Origin: an uncultured Akkermansia sp.
GTDB lineage: Bacteria > Verrucomicrobiota > Verrucomicrobiia > Verrucomicrobiales > DEV007
Direction of reading: 5' to 3'
DNA length: 64,000 bases
Assembly: GCA_964583035.1 (NCBI GenBank)
Contig: CAZOUP010000003.1
Location: 25,109 to 89,108, forward strand
Part shown: one piece after another, positions 1 to 10,381 of the stretch
Numbering within the stretch: position 1 is the stretch's first letter
Layout: each line of letters starts with the position of its first letter
Translations under genes and position numbers: made by a program
Notes under the pieces: generated by a model
The model's input: only the letters and a program-made list of their open reading frames with translations
Told to the model about the DNA's origin: nothing
Databases searched by the model: none

Positions 1-71
1 CTTTCCCCTTGCGGAAGAAGAGGGTCGGCTATTTTGTCCCACTCTTTTTAAAAACTTCAGTTTATTGACCC

Positions 72-1655
72 ATGAGCGACGCTTCGTCCGAAAAAAATAC
101 CGCCCTGATGGAGAAAATCGTGAGCCTTTGCAAGCGGCGCGGTTTTATCTTCCAGTCTGCTGAGATTTACGGTGGTCTGAACGGTTGCTGGGACTACGGC
201 CCGCTCGGAGCAGAGCTGAAGCGCAATCTCAAGGATTACTGGTGGCGCAAGAATGTCCAGGAGCGCGAGGACATTCTCGGCCTCGACGGTTCCATCCTCA
301 CGCATCAGGATGTGCTCAAGGCTTCCGGACACGTCGGTGGCTTTTCCGACCCGATGTGTGACTGCCTTCTCAGCAAGGCCCGGTTGCGTGCTGATCAGAT
401 CGAGCCGCAGTCAGGAACGGCCTATCATTACACCGGCGCTTCCCATGAGGAATCCGGCTGGTCCGTGGATCGTCCTTACTCTGTTCTTATCTGGGGAAAT
501 CAGGACGAAAACAAAGCCCGCAAGACGGCGAAGCAATATTACGCCCAGTTTCTCACCGACAAACAGATCGCCCCGAAGAAATTGGAACTGGCTGGAGAAT
601 CGACCGAGGAGCTTTCGGAAACGACGCGATATAATCCGGAAAATGGATCGCTTCTCACCGAGCCGCGTGAGTTTAATCTCATGTTCAAGACCCACATGGG
701 TGCCTCGGCCGACGACGGCGATGAGAGTGCGGTTGCTTACCTGCGTCCCGAGACGGCTCAGTCCATTTTTGTGCAGTTTAAAAATGTCGCCGAGACGAAC
801 CGGGTGAAGCTACCCTTCGGCATTGCCCAGATCGGGAAATCTTTCCGTAACGAGATCAATCCGCGAAACTACACCTTCCGCTCGCGGGAGTTTGAGCAGA
901 TGGAGATCGAATTTTTCTGCCGTCCTGAGGACGGACTCGCCCTCACCGATGAGTGGCTTGAGCGCCGCCTCACCTTTTACGAGGAAATCGGAATTCCGCG
1001 TGAGCACCTTCACGTCCTCGACATTCCGGATGGCGAGCGCGCTCACTACTCGCAGAAGACCTACGACATCGAATACGAATTTCCTTTTGGGATCCAGGAG
1101 CTCGAAGGGGTCGCTTACCGCGGCGCTTACGATCTCACGAAGCACAAGGAACACAGCGGCAAGCCGCTCGATTTCTTTGACGATGAGACCAAGGAAAAGC
1201 TCATCCCGCATGTCGTCGAGCCAAGTGCCGGTTGTGACCGCACGATCCTTGCGCTGATCTGTGAAGCCTACGACGAGGAGACCGTGACCGACGAAAATGG
1301 CAAAGAGGAAACCCGCACCGTGATGCGCTTTTCACCCCGCATGGCTCCGGTCAAAGTCGGTATCTTCCCGCTTCTCAAGAACAAGCCGGAGCTCGTCGCA
1401 AAAGCCCGCGAAGTGCAGTCGCTCCTGACTCCGCACATGAATGTTTTCTATGACGAAGCTGCCGCGATCGGTCGCCGCTATCGACGTCAGGACGAGATCG
1501 GGACCCCCTTCTGCCTCACGATTGATTTCGATACCCTCGGGGAAAGTGGCGATGAGCTGAAGGACACCGTGACTTTGCGCCACCGCGACTCCATGAAGCA
1601 GGAGCGGATTGCGATTGGCGACCTCCGCAATTTCCTCCTCGACGCGATTGCCTGA
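72..1655 (+). CDS. glyQS: Glycine--tRNA ligase, homodimeric (alpha2) type
   Basis: Motifs LCKRRGF, DYGPLG, YLRPETAQ, FRNEINP, REFEQME, EPSAG; C-terminal anticodon-binding domain (IGRRYRRQDEIGTP). Confidence 0.97.
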   Translation: MSDASSEKNTALMEKIVSLCKRRGFIFQSAEIYGGLNGCWDYGPLGAELKRNLKDYWWRKNVQEREDILGLDGSILTHQDVLKASGHVGGFSDPMCDCLLSKARLRADQIEPQSGTAYHYTGASHEESGWSVDRPYSVLIWGNQDENKARKTAKQYYAQFLTDKQIAPKKLELAGESTEELSETTRYNPENGSLLTEPREFNLMFKTHMGASADDGDESAVAYLRPETAQSIFVQFKNVAETNRVKLPFGIAQIGKSFRNEINPRNYTFRSREFEQMEIEFFCRPEDGLALTDEWLERRLTFYEEIGIPREHLHVLDIPDGERAHYSQKTYDIEYEFPFGIQELEGVAYRGAYDLTKHKEHSGKPLDFFDDETKEKLIPHVVEPSAGCDRTILALICEAYDEETVTDENGKEETRTVMRFSPRMAPVKVGIFPLLKNKPELVAKAREVQSLLTPHMNVFYDEAAAIGRRYRRQDEIGTPFCLTIDFDTLGESGDELKDTVTLRHRDSMKQERIAIGDLRNFLLDAIA

Positions 1656-2183
1656 GTAAGCCGGGAAACGTGGCTGAATTTGGTAAAATTCAGGCCGGGG
1701 CTGGCTGGGGCAACTCAAAACGGACGGCCCACGCTCTCCGCTAAACCAGGAACTAAACTTAGCGCGACCTGTGAGGAACTATTAAGAACTCTTCCTAAAT
1801 CCCTATGCCATCCGTTTAAACCGCTTTTTAAGTTGTGTTGGAATAGTGTTTCTACCCGAGATAGCGCTTAGTTCAGTGACTAAGACGATCTCTCCGATCA
1901 AATTGAAAAAAATCGTGCGTTATTCCGGTGAGTCCGAAGATTTTTAATTAAAGCTTCTTCAAGTAATTCGGGATTTTTTTTTTCAGTCCCGATTTCACAC
2001 TCCTGCTTTGACAATATCCCAACGTTTTCGATCGGGTTCAACTCAGGCTGACTTCAACGATGAAGTGCAACACTAGTGGTTTTGCGGAAGACTTCCGCAG
2101 CCATTCTACCCACTAATTCGTCCCGCTGGTATTTCTTCCGACCCTGTGCGGGAGAGTTAGAAGAAGATGAAGAGCTTTGACGC

Positions 2184-3374
2184 CTAGAAAAATCGTCGTG
2201 CTGAAGTCTCGGCGACGGGGGTGCAGATTCGGGCGATGCACTGGTCGAAGCTTTCTTCGTTGCTGAGGATTCCGATCTCGACGCGGAGGAAGTAAATGGG
2301 GACGTCCATGCGACCAAGGCGGGGGAAGCGGACGGCGTCTTTTTCGGTCGTGAGGATCATGTCGACGCCGGACTCGATGCAGCAGTTGATGAAGGAAATG
2401 ATCTCCTGCTCGGTGAAGCGATGGTGATCCATGAAGCGACAGGTCGCTTCGAGAGTCGCCCCGAGCTTTTTGACGCCGTCTTCGAAACTTTCGGGCACGG
2501 CGATCGCGCTGACGGTGCCGACTTTTTTCCCTTTGAGATCCTCAAGGGGGCGGGACTCGCGAGTTTCGATGTGCTGGAGGTAGCGGGGACGATGCTCGCA
2601 CTCGATGATCTCGGCGGTCCGGTTGTAGAGGCGGATGCGGTCGATGAGTTCATCGTTGGGGTCACCGTTGCACTTCGTGATGAAAATGTAGGAGGCCCGC
2701 TTCAGGTTGCGTGGAGGTTCTCTGAGGGTGCCGCGGGGGAGGAGTCGCTCGGTGCCGAAGGGGTGCCAGCGATCCACGAGAACAATGTCGAGGCGATGAC
2801 GGAGGCGAAGATACTGGAGGCCGTCGTCGAGGATGAGGGTGTCGCAGTTGAGTTCCCCAATGGCGTGGCGACCGCTTTTGACCCGGTCTTTATCAACGAC
2901 GACGGGGATATCGGGAAGGTTTGCCGCGAGCATGTAGGGTTCATCGCCAGCGGTTTTGGAATCGAGAAGGAGGGACTTTCCATCGCTGACGACGCGGGGC
3001 GGGTCGATTTCGTTTTTCCCCTGGATCTTTCCGATGAGTCGTCGGAGAAAGGGTTGCTTCACCGATTTGTAACCCCGGCTCAGGATCGCAACGCGGCGTC
3101 CGCCGTCCTGGAGGGAGCGGGCGAATTTTTCAACAACGGGCGTTTTGCCGGTTCCTCCAACGGTGAGGTTGCCGATACTGACGACGAGGCATCCGAGATT
3201 CCGCTCCCGCATGATGCGGTTTCGGTAGAGCCAGAGGCGCAGGCCGACAATCGCTTCGTAGAGCTTTGACATCGAGCCGAGGAATCCCCGCAACATCCCC
3301 GCACGAACGCCCTGGCGACGGTCAAGGATGACGTCGATGACAAATTGTTCGAGTTTTTCCCGGGCGGGTCGCAT
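2184..3374 (-). CDS. lpxK: Tetraacyldisaccharide 4'-kinase (lipid A)
   Basis: [51 protein letters not shown]. Confidence 0.96.
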   Translation of the reverse strand: MRPAREKLEQFVIDVILDRRQGVRAGMLRGFLGSMSKLYEAIVGLRLWLYRNRIMRERNLGCLVVSIGNLTVGGTGKTPVVEKFARSLQDGGRRVAILSRGYKSVKQPFLRRLIGKIQGKNEIDPPRVVSDGKSLLLDSKTAGDEPYMLAANLPDIPVVVDKDRVKSGRHAIGELNCDTLILDDGLQYLRLRHRLDIVLVDRWHPFGTERLLPRGTLREPPRNLKRASYIFITKCNGDPNDELIDRIRLYNRTAEIIECEHRPRYLQHIETRESRPLEDLKGKKVGTVSAIAVPESFEDGVKKLGATLEATCRFMDHHRFTEQEIISFINCCIESGVDMILTTEKDAVRFPRLGRMDVPIYFLRVEIGILSNEESFDQCIARICTPVAETSARRFF

Positions 3375-3476
3375 CGTTCGATTTCAGGGGGAGGCTATGG
3401 TCGTCAATCCGGACTCTGACGCAACCGCGAATGTGAACGGTTGCAATCCGCCCGCTATTAGAGCATTTCCTAAGGC

Positions 3477-4253
3477 ATGACTCGAATCGACGGCCGCGCC
3501 ACTGACCAATTACGTGATATTTCTTTCCAACTCGATATTGCCCGCCATGCGCACGGGAGTGTCCTCGTGAGCTTTGGCGACACGCAGGTGATCTGCAGTG
3601 CGATGATCGAATCCGGGGTGCCTCGCTGGATGTTTCAGCAGAATGTCCCGGGCGGCTGGCTCACGGCAGAATACAGCATGCTCCCGTATTCAACCTTGCA
3701 GCGGAAATCGCGTGACATCAGCCGGGGAAAACTCGACGGGCGCAGCTCGGAGATTCAGCGACTGATCGGGCGCAGTTTGCGGGCGGTGGTTGATTTGAAG
3801 GGCCTCGGGCAGCGGACTCTCTGGATCGATTGTGATGTCCTTCGCGCTGACGGAGGCACAAGAACGGCTTCGATCACGGGGGCGTGCGTCGCGGTCGAGA
3901 TGGCCTTTCAGCGTTTCATTGCCGCGAAAAAATTCGAGACCTCACCGATGAGCGGCTTTGCGGCGGCAATCAGTGCGGGGGTGTGGCAGGACACCTGTGT
4001 GCTCGACCTCAATTATCATGAGGACAAAGATGCGAGCGTCGATTTTAACTACGCGATGACTTCGAATCTGGAAATGATCGAGGTTCAGGGCTCGGGCGAA
4101 GAGGCGACCTTCTCAGAAGCGCAGATGCTTGAAATGCTGCAACTAGCGAAGAAGGGAGCGTCGGAGATCGTGGAAATGCAAAAAGAGGCCCTCGCGGGAT
4201 TCGACGCCACGGCGAACGTCGAGATCCTCGCCCGGATCGGGGAGATGAAGTGA
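3477..4253 (+). CDS. rph: Ribonuclease PH
   Basis: GWLTAEYSMLP, EIQRLIGRSLRA, DCDVLRADGGTRTASITG. Confidence 0.97.
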   Translation: MTRIDGRATDQLRDISFQLDIARHAHGSVLVSFGDTQVICSAMIESGVPRWMFQQNVPGGWLTAEYSMLPYSTLQRKSRDISRGKLDGRSSEIQRLIGRSLRAVVDLKGLGQRTLWIDCDVLRADGGTRTASITGACVAVEMAFQRFIAAKKFETSPMSGFAAAISAGVWQDTCVLDLNYHEDKDASVDFNYAMTSNLEMIEVQGSGEEATFSEAQMLEMLQLAKKGASEIVEMQKEALAGFDATANVEILARIGEMK

Positions 4254-4263
4254 GTCGGGAGCT

Positions 4264-4854
4264 TTAACTGACCTCAACGGTCTTCCGAAGCTTGGCGAGT
4301 CCGCGGCGGATTCGGGCCTTCACGGTCCCGAGGGGCTCCCCGAGTTGGTCGGCAATTTCTTGCTGGGTGAGCCCCTCGAAATAGACTTTTTCGATCGCTT
4401 CGCGCTGCACGTCTGTCAACTCCATCACCGCAGAGCGCACCGCGCTACAAGTGTCCCGACGCGTCGCCGCTTCGGGTCCGCTGAGTCCGGTTGAGCCGCG
4501 GGGGTTGACGTCCATTTCCTCGATGTAGGCGTTTTTCAAACGTGACTGCCGCTGCTTCGAACGGAGCCGGTCGATGGCCCGGTTGCGAGCCATCGAAGCA
4601 AGCCAGGTAATGGGCCGGCCCCGACCAGACTGATAAAGATGCGCTTTTCTCCAGAGCGAACTCATGACCTCTTGAAGAACTTCCTGGGAGTCTTCCCGGT
4701 CATTGAGGACTTTCTCGATCGTGGTGAAGAGGAGGCCATCATAGCGATCATACAGATCCCGAAAGCTCTGTCTGTCACCGTTTGCAATCCCTTTGAGGCG
4801 CTCTCCATCGAGGGCGTCATCGTAGGCCGGAGCATCTTTCAAGTTTGATTTCAT
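4264..4854 (-). CDS. ECF (group 4) sigma-70 factor, SigK-like
   Basis: Region 2 (EVLQEV...TWLASMARNRAIDRLR) and region 4 (YFEGLTQQEIADQLGEPLGTVKARIRRGL). Confidence 0.92.
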   Translation of the reverse strand: MKSNLKDAPAYDDALDGERLKGIANGDRQSFRDLYDRYDGLLFTTIEKVLNDREDSQEVLQEVMSSLWRKAHLYQSGRGRPITWLASMARNRAIDRLRSKQRQSRLKNAYIEEMDVNPRGSTGLSGPEAATRRDTCSAVRSAVMELTDVQREAIEKVYFEGLTQQEIADQLGEPLGTVKARIRRGLAKLRKTVEVS

Positions 4855-5151
4855 TATCAGGTATACTTATTTTAAGATCGAATCGGTTTCAATTATTTTA
4901 AAGATTAGAAATTCTAATGTTAAATGATCAGGGATAAGTGTTTTGACGATTGTTTTTTGAGGCATGAACAGAGTCTTCGGCGTAGTCTTTAGCGCAGGGT
5001 TCACCCGTTCTCCGTGATGAATTCTTCTTACCTCCTCCTATCGGCTCTACCAGTGTTTCAAAGGTTAAAAAGACGTTCCCTCCGTCGATTGCGTCCTTCC
5101 CTCCGCTGTGTTAGCCTTTCCGACTTTTCGACCCTCAACTCGATTATTTGA

Positions 5152-7191
5152 ATGCAAGACAAAGAGCCCAACGATAACGGTCAGCGCCCCGGCGGGGAAA
5201 GCGGCTTCAACTGGAGGGGCCTTATCCTCCTGTTCGTCGCCATGGGACTCTTCGGTCTCGCGATCTGGTCGAAGAGTTTTTCCGACGCGTCGAAGACGCT
5301 CACTTTTGGGGAATTCAAGAGCATGGTTGCGAGCGGCCGTGTTTTCACGGATGCCGAAGCAAAGCCGCCGAAACTTCTCAGCCTGGTTCAAAAAGACGGA
5401 AGCTCGAAGCAATTTATCGAAGGCTGGTATGAAGTGGACAACGCCGAGGAAAATGGAGGCAACAAATACAGTGTTTTCTCCACTCCGATCATTCTCGAGT
5501 ATGCAGGTGATGAGCTGAAAGAAGTTCTCGCGGCGAAAAATTTAGAGATCACTAGCCTGCCAACGACCTCGGATGGCCTCGGTGTGATGCTTCTCTCTTT
5601 TTACCTCCCGATTATTTTCCTTCTTCTGCTTCTCTATTTTCTGTTCCGTCACCAGATCAAGGCAGCCGGAAAAGGAGCGATGGGCTTTGGCAAAAGTAAA
5701 GCCAAGTTGATGACGATGGAAAAAGGCTCCGTCACCTTTAAGGATGTTGCCGGTGTCGAAGAGGCGAAAGAGGAAGTGTGGGAAATCGTGGAGTATCTTC
5801 GTGATCCCAAGCAGTTCCAGCGCCTCGGGGGTCGCATCCCGAAGGGGGTCCTTATGGTCGGTTCACCGGGAACTGGTAAAACGCTCCTCGCCCGTGCCAT
5901 TGCCGGTGAAGCTGATTGCCCGTTTTTCTCGATCAGTGGATCGGATTTCGTCGAAATGTTCGTCGGTGTCGGCGCCTCTCGCGTCCGCGACATGTTCGAG
6001 CAGGGGAGAAAGAATGCTCCCTGTCTGATTTTCATTGATGAGATCGACGCCGTCGGTCGCCATCGTGGCAACGGAATGGGCGGCGGACACGACGAGCGTG
6101 AGCAGACGCTGAACGCGCTCCTTGTTGAAATGGATGGATTTGACTCTCAGGAGGGAGTCATCATCATTGCGGCGACAAACCGCCCGGACGTGCTTGATCC
6201 AGCGCTGCTTCGCCCGGGACGTTTTGATCGCGAAATCACCGTCAGTCTCCCCGACGTGAAAGGACGCGAAGAGATTCTCAAGGTTCATGCGAAGAAGGTG
6301 AAGCTCGCGGAAGATGTTGATCTCTGCATCATTGCACGGGGAACTCCGGGCTACTCCGGTGCTGAACTTGCCAACGTCATCAACGAGGCGGCACTCCTCG
6401 CAGCGCGCAAGGGTCTCAAAGCGATCAACACGGAGGAACTCGAAGAAGCTCGCGATAAAGTGCGCTGGGGTAGAGAACGCCGCAGCCTCGCCCTCAGTGA
6501 AGAGGAGAAAGAGCTCACTGCTTACCACGAAGCTGGTCACGCCCTCCTTGGCATGCTCGTGAAGGATACTGACCCGGTTCACAAGGTTTCGATCATTCCG
6601 CGTGGACCTGCTCTCGGCGTCACGATGTATCTTCCGGTGGAAGACAAGCACAGCTACAAGAAGCAATACCTTCTCGACCGTCTCATCCTGATCATGGGTG
6701 GGCGTGTTGCTGAGGAACTGGTGCTGGGAGACGTCACTAATGGCGCGGCTGGTGATATTCGCCAAGCCAGTGAGATTGCCCGTAAGATGATTTGTAACTG
6801 GGGCATGAGCGATCGTCTCGGCATGATCGAATACGGCGAAGGTCAGGGAGATAGTTTTCCTCCCGCCCCCCGCAGCTATTCGGAAGCTACCGCGCAGACG
6901 ATCGATGATGAGGTGAAGAAACTCACCGATGACGCCTACGCAGAGGCCACCCGCCTTCTCAAAGAGAACCGCGATAAGCTCGAGGCGATTGCGCAGGCAC
7001 TTCTTCTTTACGAGACCCTCGACGGAATTCACGTGCAGGAGATCATGGAGCATGGTGAAATCCAGAATCCACCGTCAGCTCCGAGCCCTCCTGAACTTCC
7101 CAGCGAAGAAGAAGCCGAGCCGGTCGCTCGCGTGAAGGAAGAGGAAAAAGACAGCGGTGAAGATTTCCCTGGAGAGTTGGCACCAGCTTAA
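5152..7191 (+). CDS. ftsH: ATP-dependent zinc metalloprotease FtsH
   Basis: Two TM helices, Walker A GSPGTGKT, Walker [25 protein letters not shown] zinc motif. Confidence 0.98.
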   Translation: MQDKEPNDNGQRPGGESGFNWRGLILLFVAMGLFGLAIWSKSFSDASKTLTFGEFKSMVASGRVFTDAEAKPPKLLSLVQKDGSSKQFIEGWYEVDNAEENGGNKYSVFSTPIILEYAGDELKEVLAAKNLEITSLPTTSDGLGVMLLSFYLPIIFLLLLLYFLFRHQIKAAGKGAMGFGKSKAKLMTMEKGSVTFKDVAGVEEAKEEVWEIVEYLRDPKQFQRLGGRIPKGVLMVGSPGTGKTLLARAIAGEADCPFFSISGSDFVEMFVGVGASRVRDMFEQGRKNAPCLIFIDEIDAVGRHRGNGMGGGHDEREQTLNALLVEMDGFDSQEGVIIIAATNRPDVLDPALLRPGRFDREITVSLPDVKGREEILKVHAKKVKLAEDVDLCIIARGTPGYSGAELANVINEAALLAARKGLKAINTEELEEARDKVRWGRERRSLALSEEEKELTAYHEAGHALLGMLVKDTDPVHKVSIIPRGPALGVTMYLPVEDKHSYKKQYLLDRLILIMGGRVAEELVLGDVTNGAAGDIRQASEIARKMICNWGMSDRLGMIEYGEGQGDSFPPAPRSYSEATAQTIDDEVKKLTDDAYAEATRLLKENRDKLEAIAQALLLYETLDGIHVQEIMEHGEIQNPPSAPSPPELPSEEEAEPVARVKEEEKDSGEDFPGELAPA

Positions 7192-7373
7192 GTTTTTTTT
7201 CCCGGAGGTTGGAGAACTTGGGAAAGTTTCGGCGCCTACTGGCTTGGGGATTGCGGGCCGGAAGGTTGACGCCGTCCGCTGCGGTTGGCGAAGTGCGTTG
7301 CGGAAAATGTAAGCAGATCTCGTCAGCGTTCCGATCGAGAAGGAGGAGCGCGTTTTCCGGCAACACGAACGGA

Positions 7374-8153
7374 CTAACCATTCCCGTCCATCGCAATCAA
7401 CTGCGTGACAGTGACGAACTGAAGGCCTTTCGCGAGGAGCTGATCAAGTGCCGATGGCATCGCGTCGATAGTGGATGAATGAATATCATGGACGAGGAGA
7501 ATTCCTCCCGGCGCCGCCCCCGAAACAAGTCGTTGTGCGACAACGGATGCTCCCGGCTTTTTCCAGTCTTCAGGATCGACGGACCAGAGAATTGCCGGGT
7601 AGCCGAATTCGCGTCGAATCCAATCCTTCTGATCGGAAGTGATCGCCCCGTAGGGTGGACGCATTGTCCGCGGGGCGATGCCGGTCGCTGCCATGATCGC
7701 TTCCCGCGAGCGGCTCAGTTCACTGCGAACTTCGTCAGGTGACATTTTAGTAAGGTTGCCGTGGGTGACGGTGTGGTTACCGATCTCATGCCCTTCCGCA
7801 ACGATGCGGCGCATGATCTCGGGATAGCGTTTCACGTTGGTGGCAACGACGTAGAATGTCGCTTTCACATTTCGCTCCTTCAGCATGTCGAGGAGGCGAG
7901 GCGTGTTCGTCGCATGAGGGCCATCGTCAAAAGTAAGAGCAATGAAGGGAAGACTCGTGTTCACCTTTGAGTAGGAGTTCTTCGTCCCGACTGAAGTCGG
8001 AAGCGACTGCGGCGCCGGCGGGGTTCCAGTCGGTCCTCCCACTGCGGCGGCCTCAGCGTTCTTCCCTTTTGACTTGGAATTCGTTTGGCAGCCGGTGAGG
8101 AGAAAAACCGGAAGGAGGGTGAAACCGGCAAGAAGAATGAAGCGAGTGCTCAA
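7374..8153 (-). CDS. Polysaccharide/peptidoglycan deacetylase (CE4, NodB homology), probable lipoprotein
   Basis: TFDDGP, HEIGNHTVTH, RPPYG, DPEDW, LVHD motifs; lipobox-like LTGC; TTG start. Confidence 0.9.
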   Translation of the reverse strand: MSTRFILLAGFTLLPVFLLTGCQTNSKSKGKNAEAAAVGGPTGTPPAPQSLPTSVGTKNSYSKVNTSLPFIALTFDDGPHATNTPRLLDMLKERNVKATFYVVATNVKRYPEIMRRIVAEGHEIGNHTVTHGNLTKMSPDEVRSELSRSREAIMAATGIAPRTMRPPYGAITSDQKDWIRREFGYPAILWSVDPEDWKKPGASVVAQRLVSGAAPGGILLVHDIHSSTIDAMPSALDQLLAKGLQFVTVTQLIAMDGNG

Positions 8154-8243
8154 AAGGAAAAGTTTTGGGATTTAACTCTGAAGTGAGACTGAAATTTAAG
8201 AAATTTTTACAATATTGCAAATCAGATTTGAAATTATTCTTAA

Positions 8244-9125
8244 TTATTTTAAAAATCTTCCTAAAATTGGCTCCAATTCTTTCGCGGTGGTTTCAGGCCA
8301 AAGGTCGGGAGCGGTAAAGATAGCGTTGTCGAGGGCCCGGTGTTCAGGCCAGTTCGGAGTCTCGGGAATTTTCGGAATGACGGTCTGGAGAATCGACTTT
8401 GCGGTGGCCGCATTTGCCTGCACGTGTTCGATCACGGCGTGGGCGTTGACGGCTTCCTCCTCTTCACGCCAGCAGTCGTAATCGGTGATCATGGCGAGGG
8501 TAGCGAGCGAGATTTCGGCTTCCCTTGCCAGCTTTGCCTCAGGAAGATTGGTCATGCCGATGAGGTCGAATCCCAGTTTTCGATTCGTCTCCGACTCCGC
8601 CCTCGTGGAAAAAGCGGGACCATCCATGTTCACATAGGTTCCCCGGTCGTGAACGGTTTTGCCGTGGGCTTTTGCTTCGGCGAGGAGGAGCTGTCGAAGA
8701 TCTTCCGAAATCGGATCAGCGAAAGCAATATGAGCCACGATCCCGCGTCCGAAAAAGGTATGATCGGCTCGCTGGCTTGTGCGATCAAAGAATTGATCGA
8801 GGAGGACAATGTCTCTCGGTTGATATTCTTCTTTCAAAGAACCAACTGCGGTCACGGCAATGATCCAGCGGACATTGAGTGAGCGGAGCGCCCAGATATT
8901 GGCCCGGTGATTCAGTTCAGAGGGGAGGATGAGATGGCCGCGCCCGTGACGCGGAAGAAAGCAGACGCGCCGTCCGTTCATTTCGCCGGATATGATGGCA
9001 TCGGAAGGAGGGCCAAAGGGCGTCTCAACCTGGATTTCTTCAATATTACTGAGGCCTTCAATTTCATAAAGGCCGGAGCCGCCGATAACTCCGATGGCGG
9101 GAGCGTGCTTGGGTATATTGGTCAT
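8244..9125 (-). CDS. mtnP: S-methyl-5'-thioadenosine phosphorylase
   Basis: GVIGGSGLY, TPFGPPSD, LPRHGRGH, GPAFSTRAES, GMTNLPEAKLAREA, TDYDCW. Confidence 0.95.
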   Translation of the reverse strand: MTNIPKHAPAIGVIGGSGLYEIEGLSNIEEIQVETPFGPPSDAIISGEMNGRRVCFLPRHGRGHLILPSELNHRANIWALRSLNVRWIIAVTAVGSLKEEYQPRDIVLLDQFFDRTSQRADHTFFGRGIVAHIAFADPISEDLRQLLLAEAKAHGKTVHDRGTYVNMDGPAFSTRAESETNRKLGFDLIGMTNLPEAKLAREAEISLATLAMITDYDCWREEEEAVNAHAVIEHVQANAATAKSILQTVIPKIPETPNWPEHRALDNAIFTAPDLWPETTAKELEPILGRFLK

Positions 9126-9238
9126 TGGATGAGAGGTTAATTCAAGCGTCCTTCAATCCAAGTCACAAATAGCGTTTCAGAAAGACCTCTAAACCTTGAC
9201 TTTATTGATAATTAAAATTAATTAACAAAATAACTATA

Positions 9239-10231
9239 ATGTTTACACGTGTTGTCATTTCTATCCTTCTGATTGCCGCAGGCATCGCTTCGCCGTGGCT
9301 GGTGAAGGATTGGATGGACTGGCGTGCCGACGAAGAAAGGGCGGATCGCCTTTATGATCGCGTCACGGGCTTTTCGGATCGAGTGAAGCGGAAAGTGCAG
9401 GAGCCTGAGGATAGGAGCCTTGCCGCTGTCGAGGTTCCGATCGGGAGAACAGAGGAGGAACAGGAGCCTTATCCTTTCGCCTCGAAAACGATTCGGATGC
9501 TCCAGGGGGTGCTGCCGGCATCGATGGCGACTCAGGCGGGTCCGAATCATCCCTACTTCAAACCTGGTGGATCAACTTCCACGGAGGTGTCAAAGTTGAT
9601 CGTTGATGAGACGAAGGCTCGTCTCGCCCCGGAATTGGGAAAGCTTGGCCTCGCCCCGGGAAATCCGGTTTTTATCCGAATTTTCAAAGAGGAGCATGAG
9701 CTGGAGCTTTGGCTGAGAAATTCCCCGAGCCCCGATTACACGCTCTACAAGGTCTACCGCGTTGCCGACTGGTCCGGTGGACCGGGGCCGAAGCTCAAAG
9801 AAGGCGATGGGCAAACACCGGAGGGTTTCTACTTCGTGTCCAGCTCACGACTTCGGCCGGAGACGCGCCATCACCTGGGAATCGATCTTGGTTTTCCAAA
9901 TGAATATGACAGCTTTCACGGTCGCGGAGGGAGTGGCATCATGATTCATGGGGGCGAAACCTCACGCGGTTCTTATGCGCTCTCGCCTGCTGATATGAAT
10001 GAGGTTTTCACCCTTGCTACCCTCGCGCTCGACTCAGGGCAGACGTTTTTCCGGGTCAATACGTTTCCTTTCCGGATGACTGACAAACGCATGGAAAAAG
10101 AGTGGAAACGGCAGCCGCGATGGATCGATTTCTGGGTCAATCTCAAGGAAGGTTACGACTTCTTCGAGAATGTGAACGTTCCACCAGATGTCAGCCTGAG
10201 CGAAGGAGACTACGAATTTAGAATCCACTGA
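9239..10231 (+). CDS. Murein L,D-transpeptidase-family protein (YafK/DpaA-like), N-terminal membrane anchor; catalytic Cys replaced by Ser
   Basis: FIRIFKEE, GPKLKEGDGQTPEGFY, GFPNEYD, IMIHG, FPFRMT, FWVNLKEGYDFFE; active-site loop reads HGGETSRGS. Confidence 0.85.
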   Translation: MFTRVVISILLIAAGIASPWLVKDWMDWRADEERADRLYDRVTGFSDRVKRKVQEPEDRSLAAVEVPIGRTEEEQEPYPFASKTIRMLQGVLPASMATQAGPNHPYFKPGGSTSTEVSKLIVDETKARLAPELGKLGLAPGNPVFIRIFKEEHELELWLRNSPSPDYTLYKVYRVADWSGGPGPKLKEGDGQTPEGFYFVSSSRLRPETRHHLGIDLGFPNEYDSFHGRGGSGIMIHGGETSRGSYALSPADMNEVFTLATLALDSGQTFFRVNTFPFRMTDKRMEKEWKRQPRWIDFWVNLKEGYDFFENVNVPPDVSLSEGDYEFRIH

Positions 10232-10381
10232 GCGCTAATTTCGGAATTCGTGTGTTTTTTTCTTCCCGTGTGAGGCTCATTCCTCTACTTTTCGTTTCCC
10301 GCGCGTTGTGGCCCCGTTCTGCACGTGCAAATTTTGGCGTTATCCGAACCTCATTCCTTAACAAGAACTCCTTTTTCAACC

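Noticed and set aside
1680..1871. 63-aa ORF after glyQS
   Set aside because: TTG start inside a hairpin, atypical codon use, no recognisable motif
2030..2160. tRNA (GGGTTCAACTC) or SRP RNA (minus-strand CAGGGTCGGAAGAA)
   Set aside because: The T-arm stem does not close and there is no cloverleaf; the SRP helix-8 AGCAG motif is absent. Kept only as an unassigned structured region
4897..4925. dif-like site (TTTAAAGATTA-GAAATTC-TAATGTTAAAT)
   Set aside because: The right arm resembles the XerD arm TTATGTTAAAT, but the inner bases differ, the spacer is 7 bp, the left arm is poor and the context is an AT-rich promoter region
5863..7053. 396-aa antisense ORF
   Set aside because: Shadow frame of ftsH; no motifs; expected in GC-rich coding DNA
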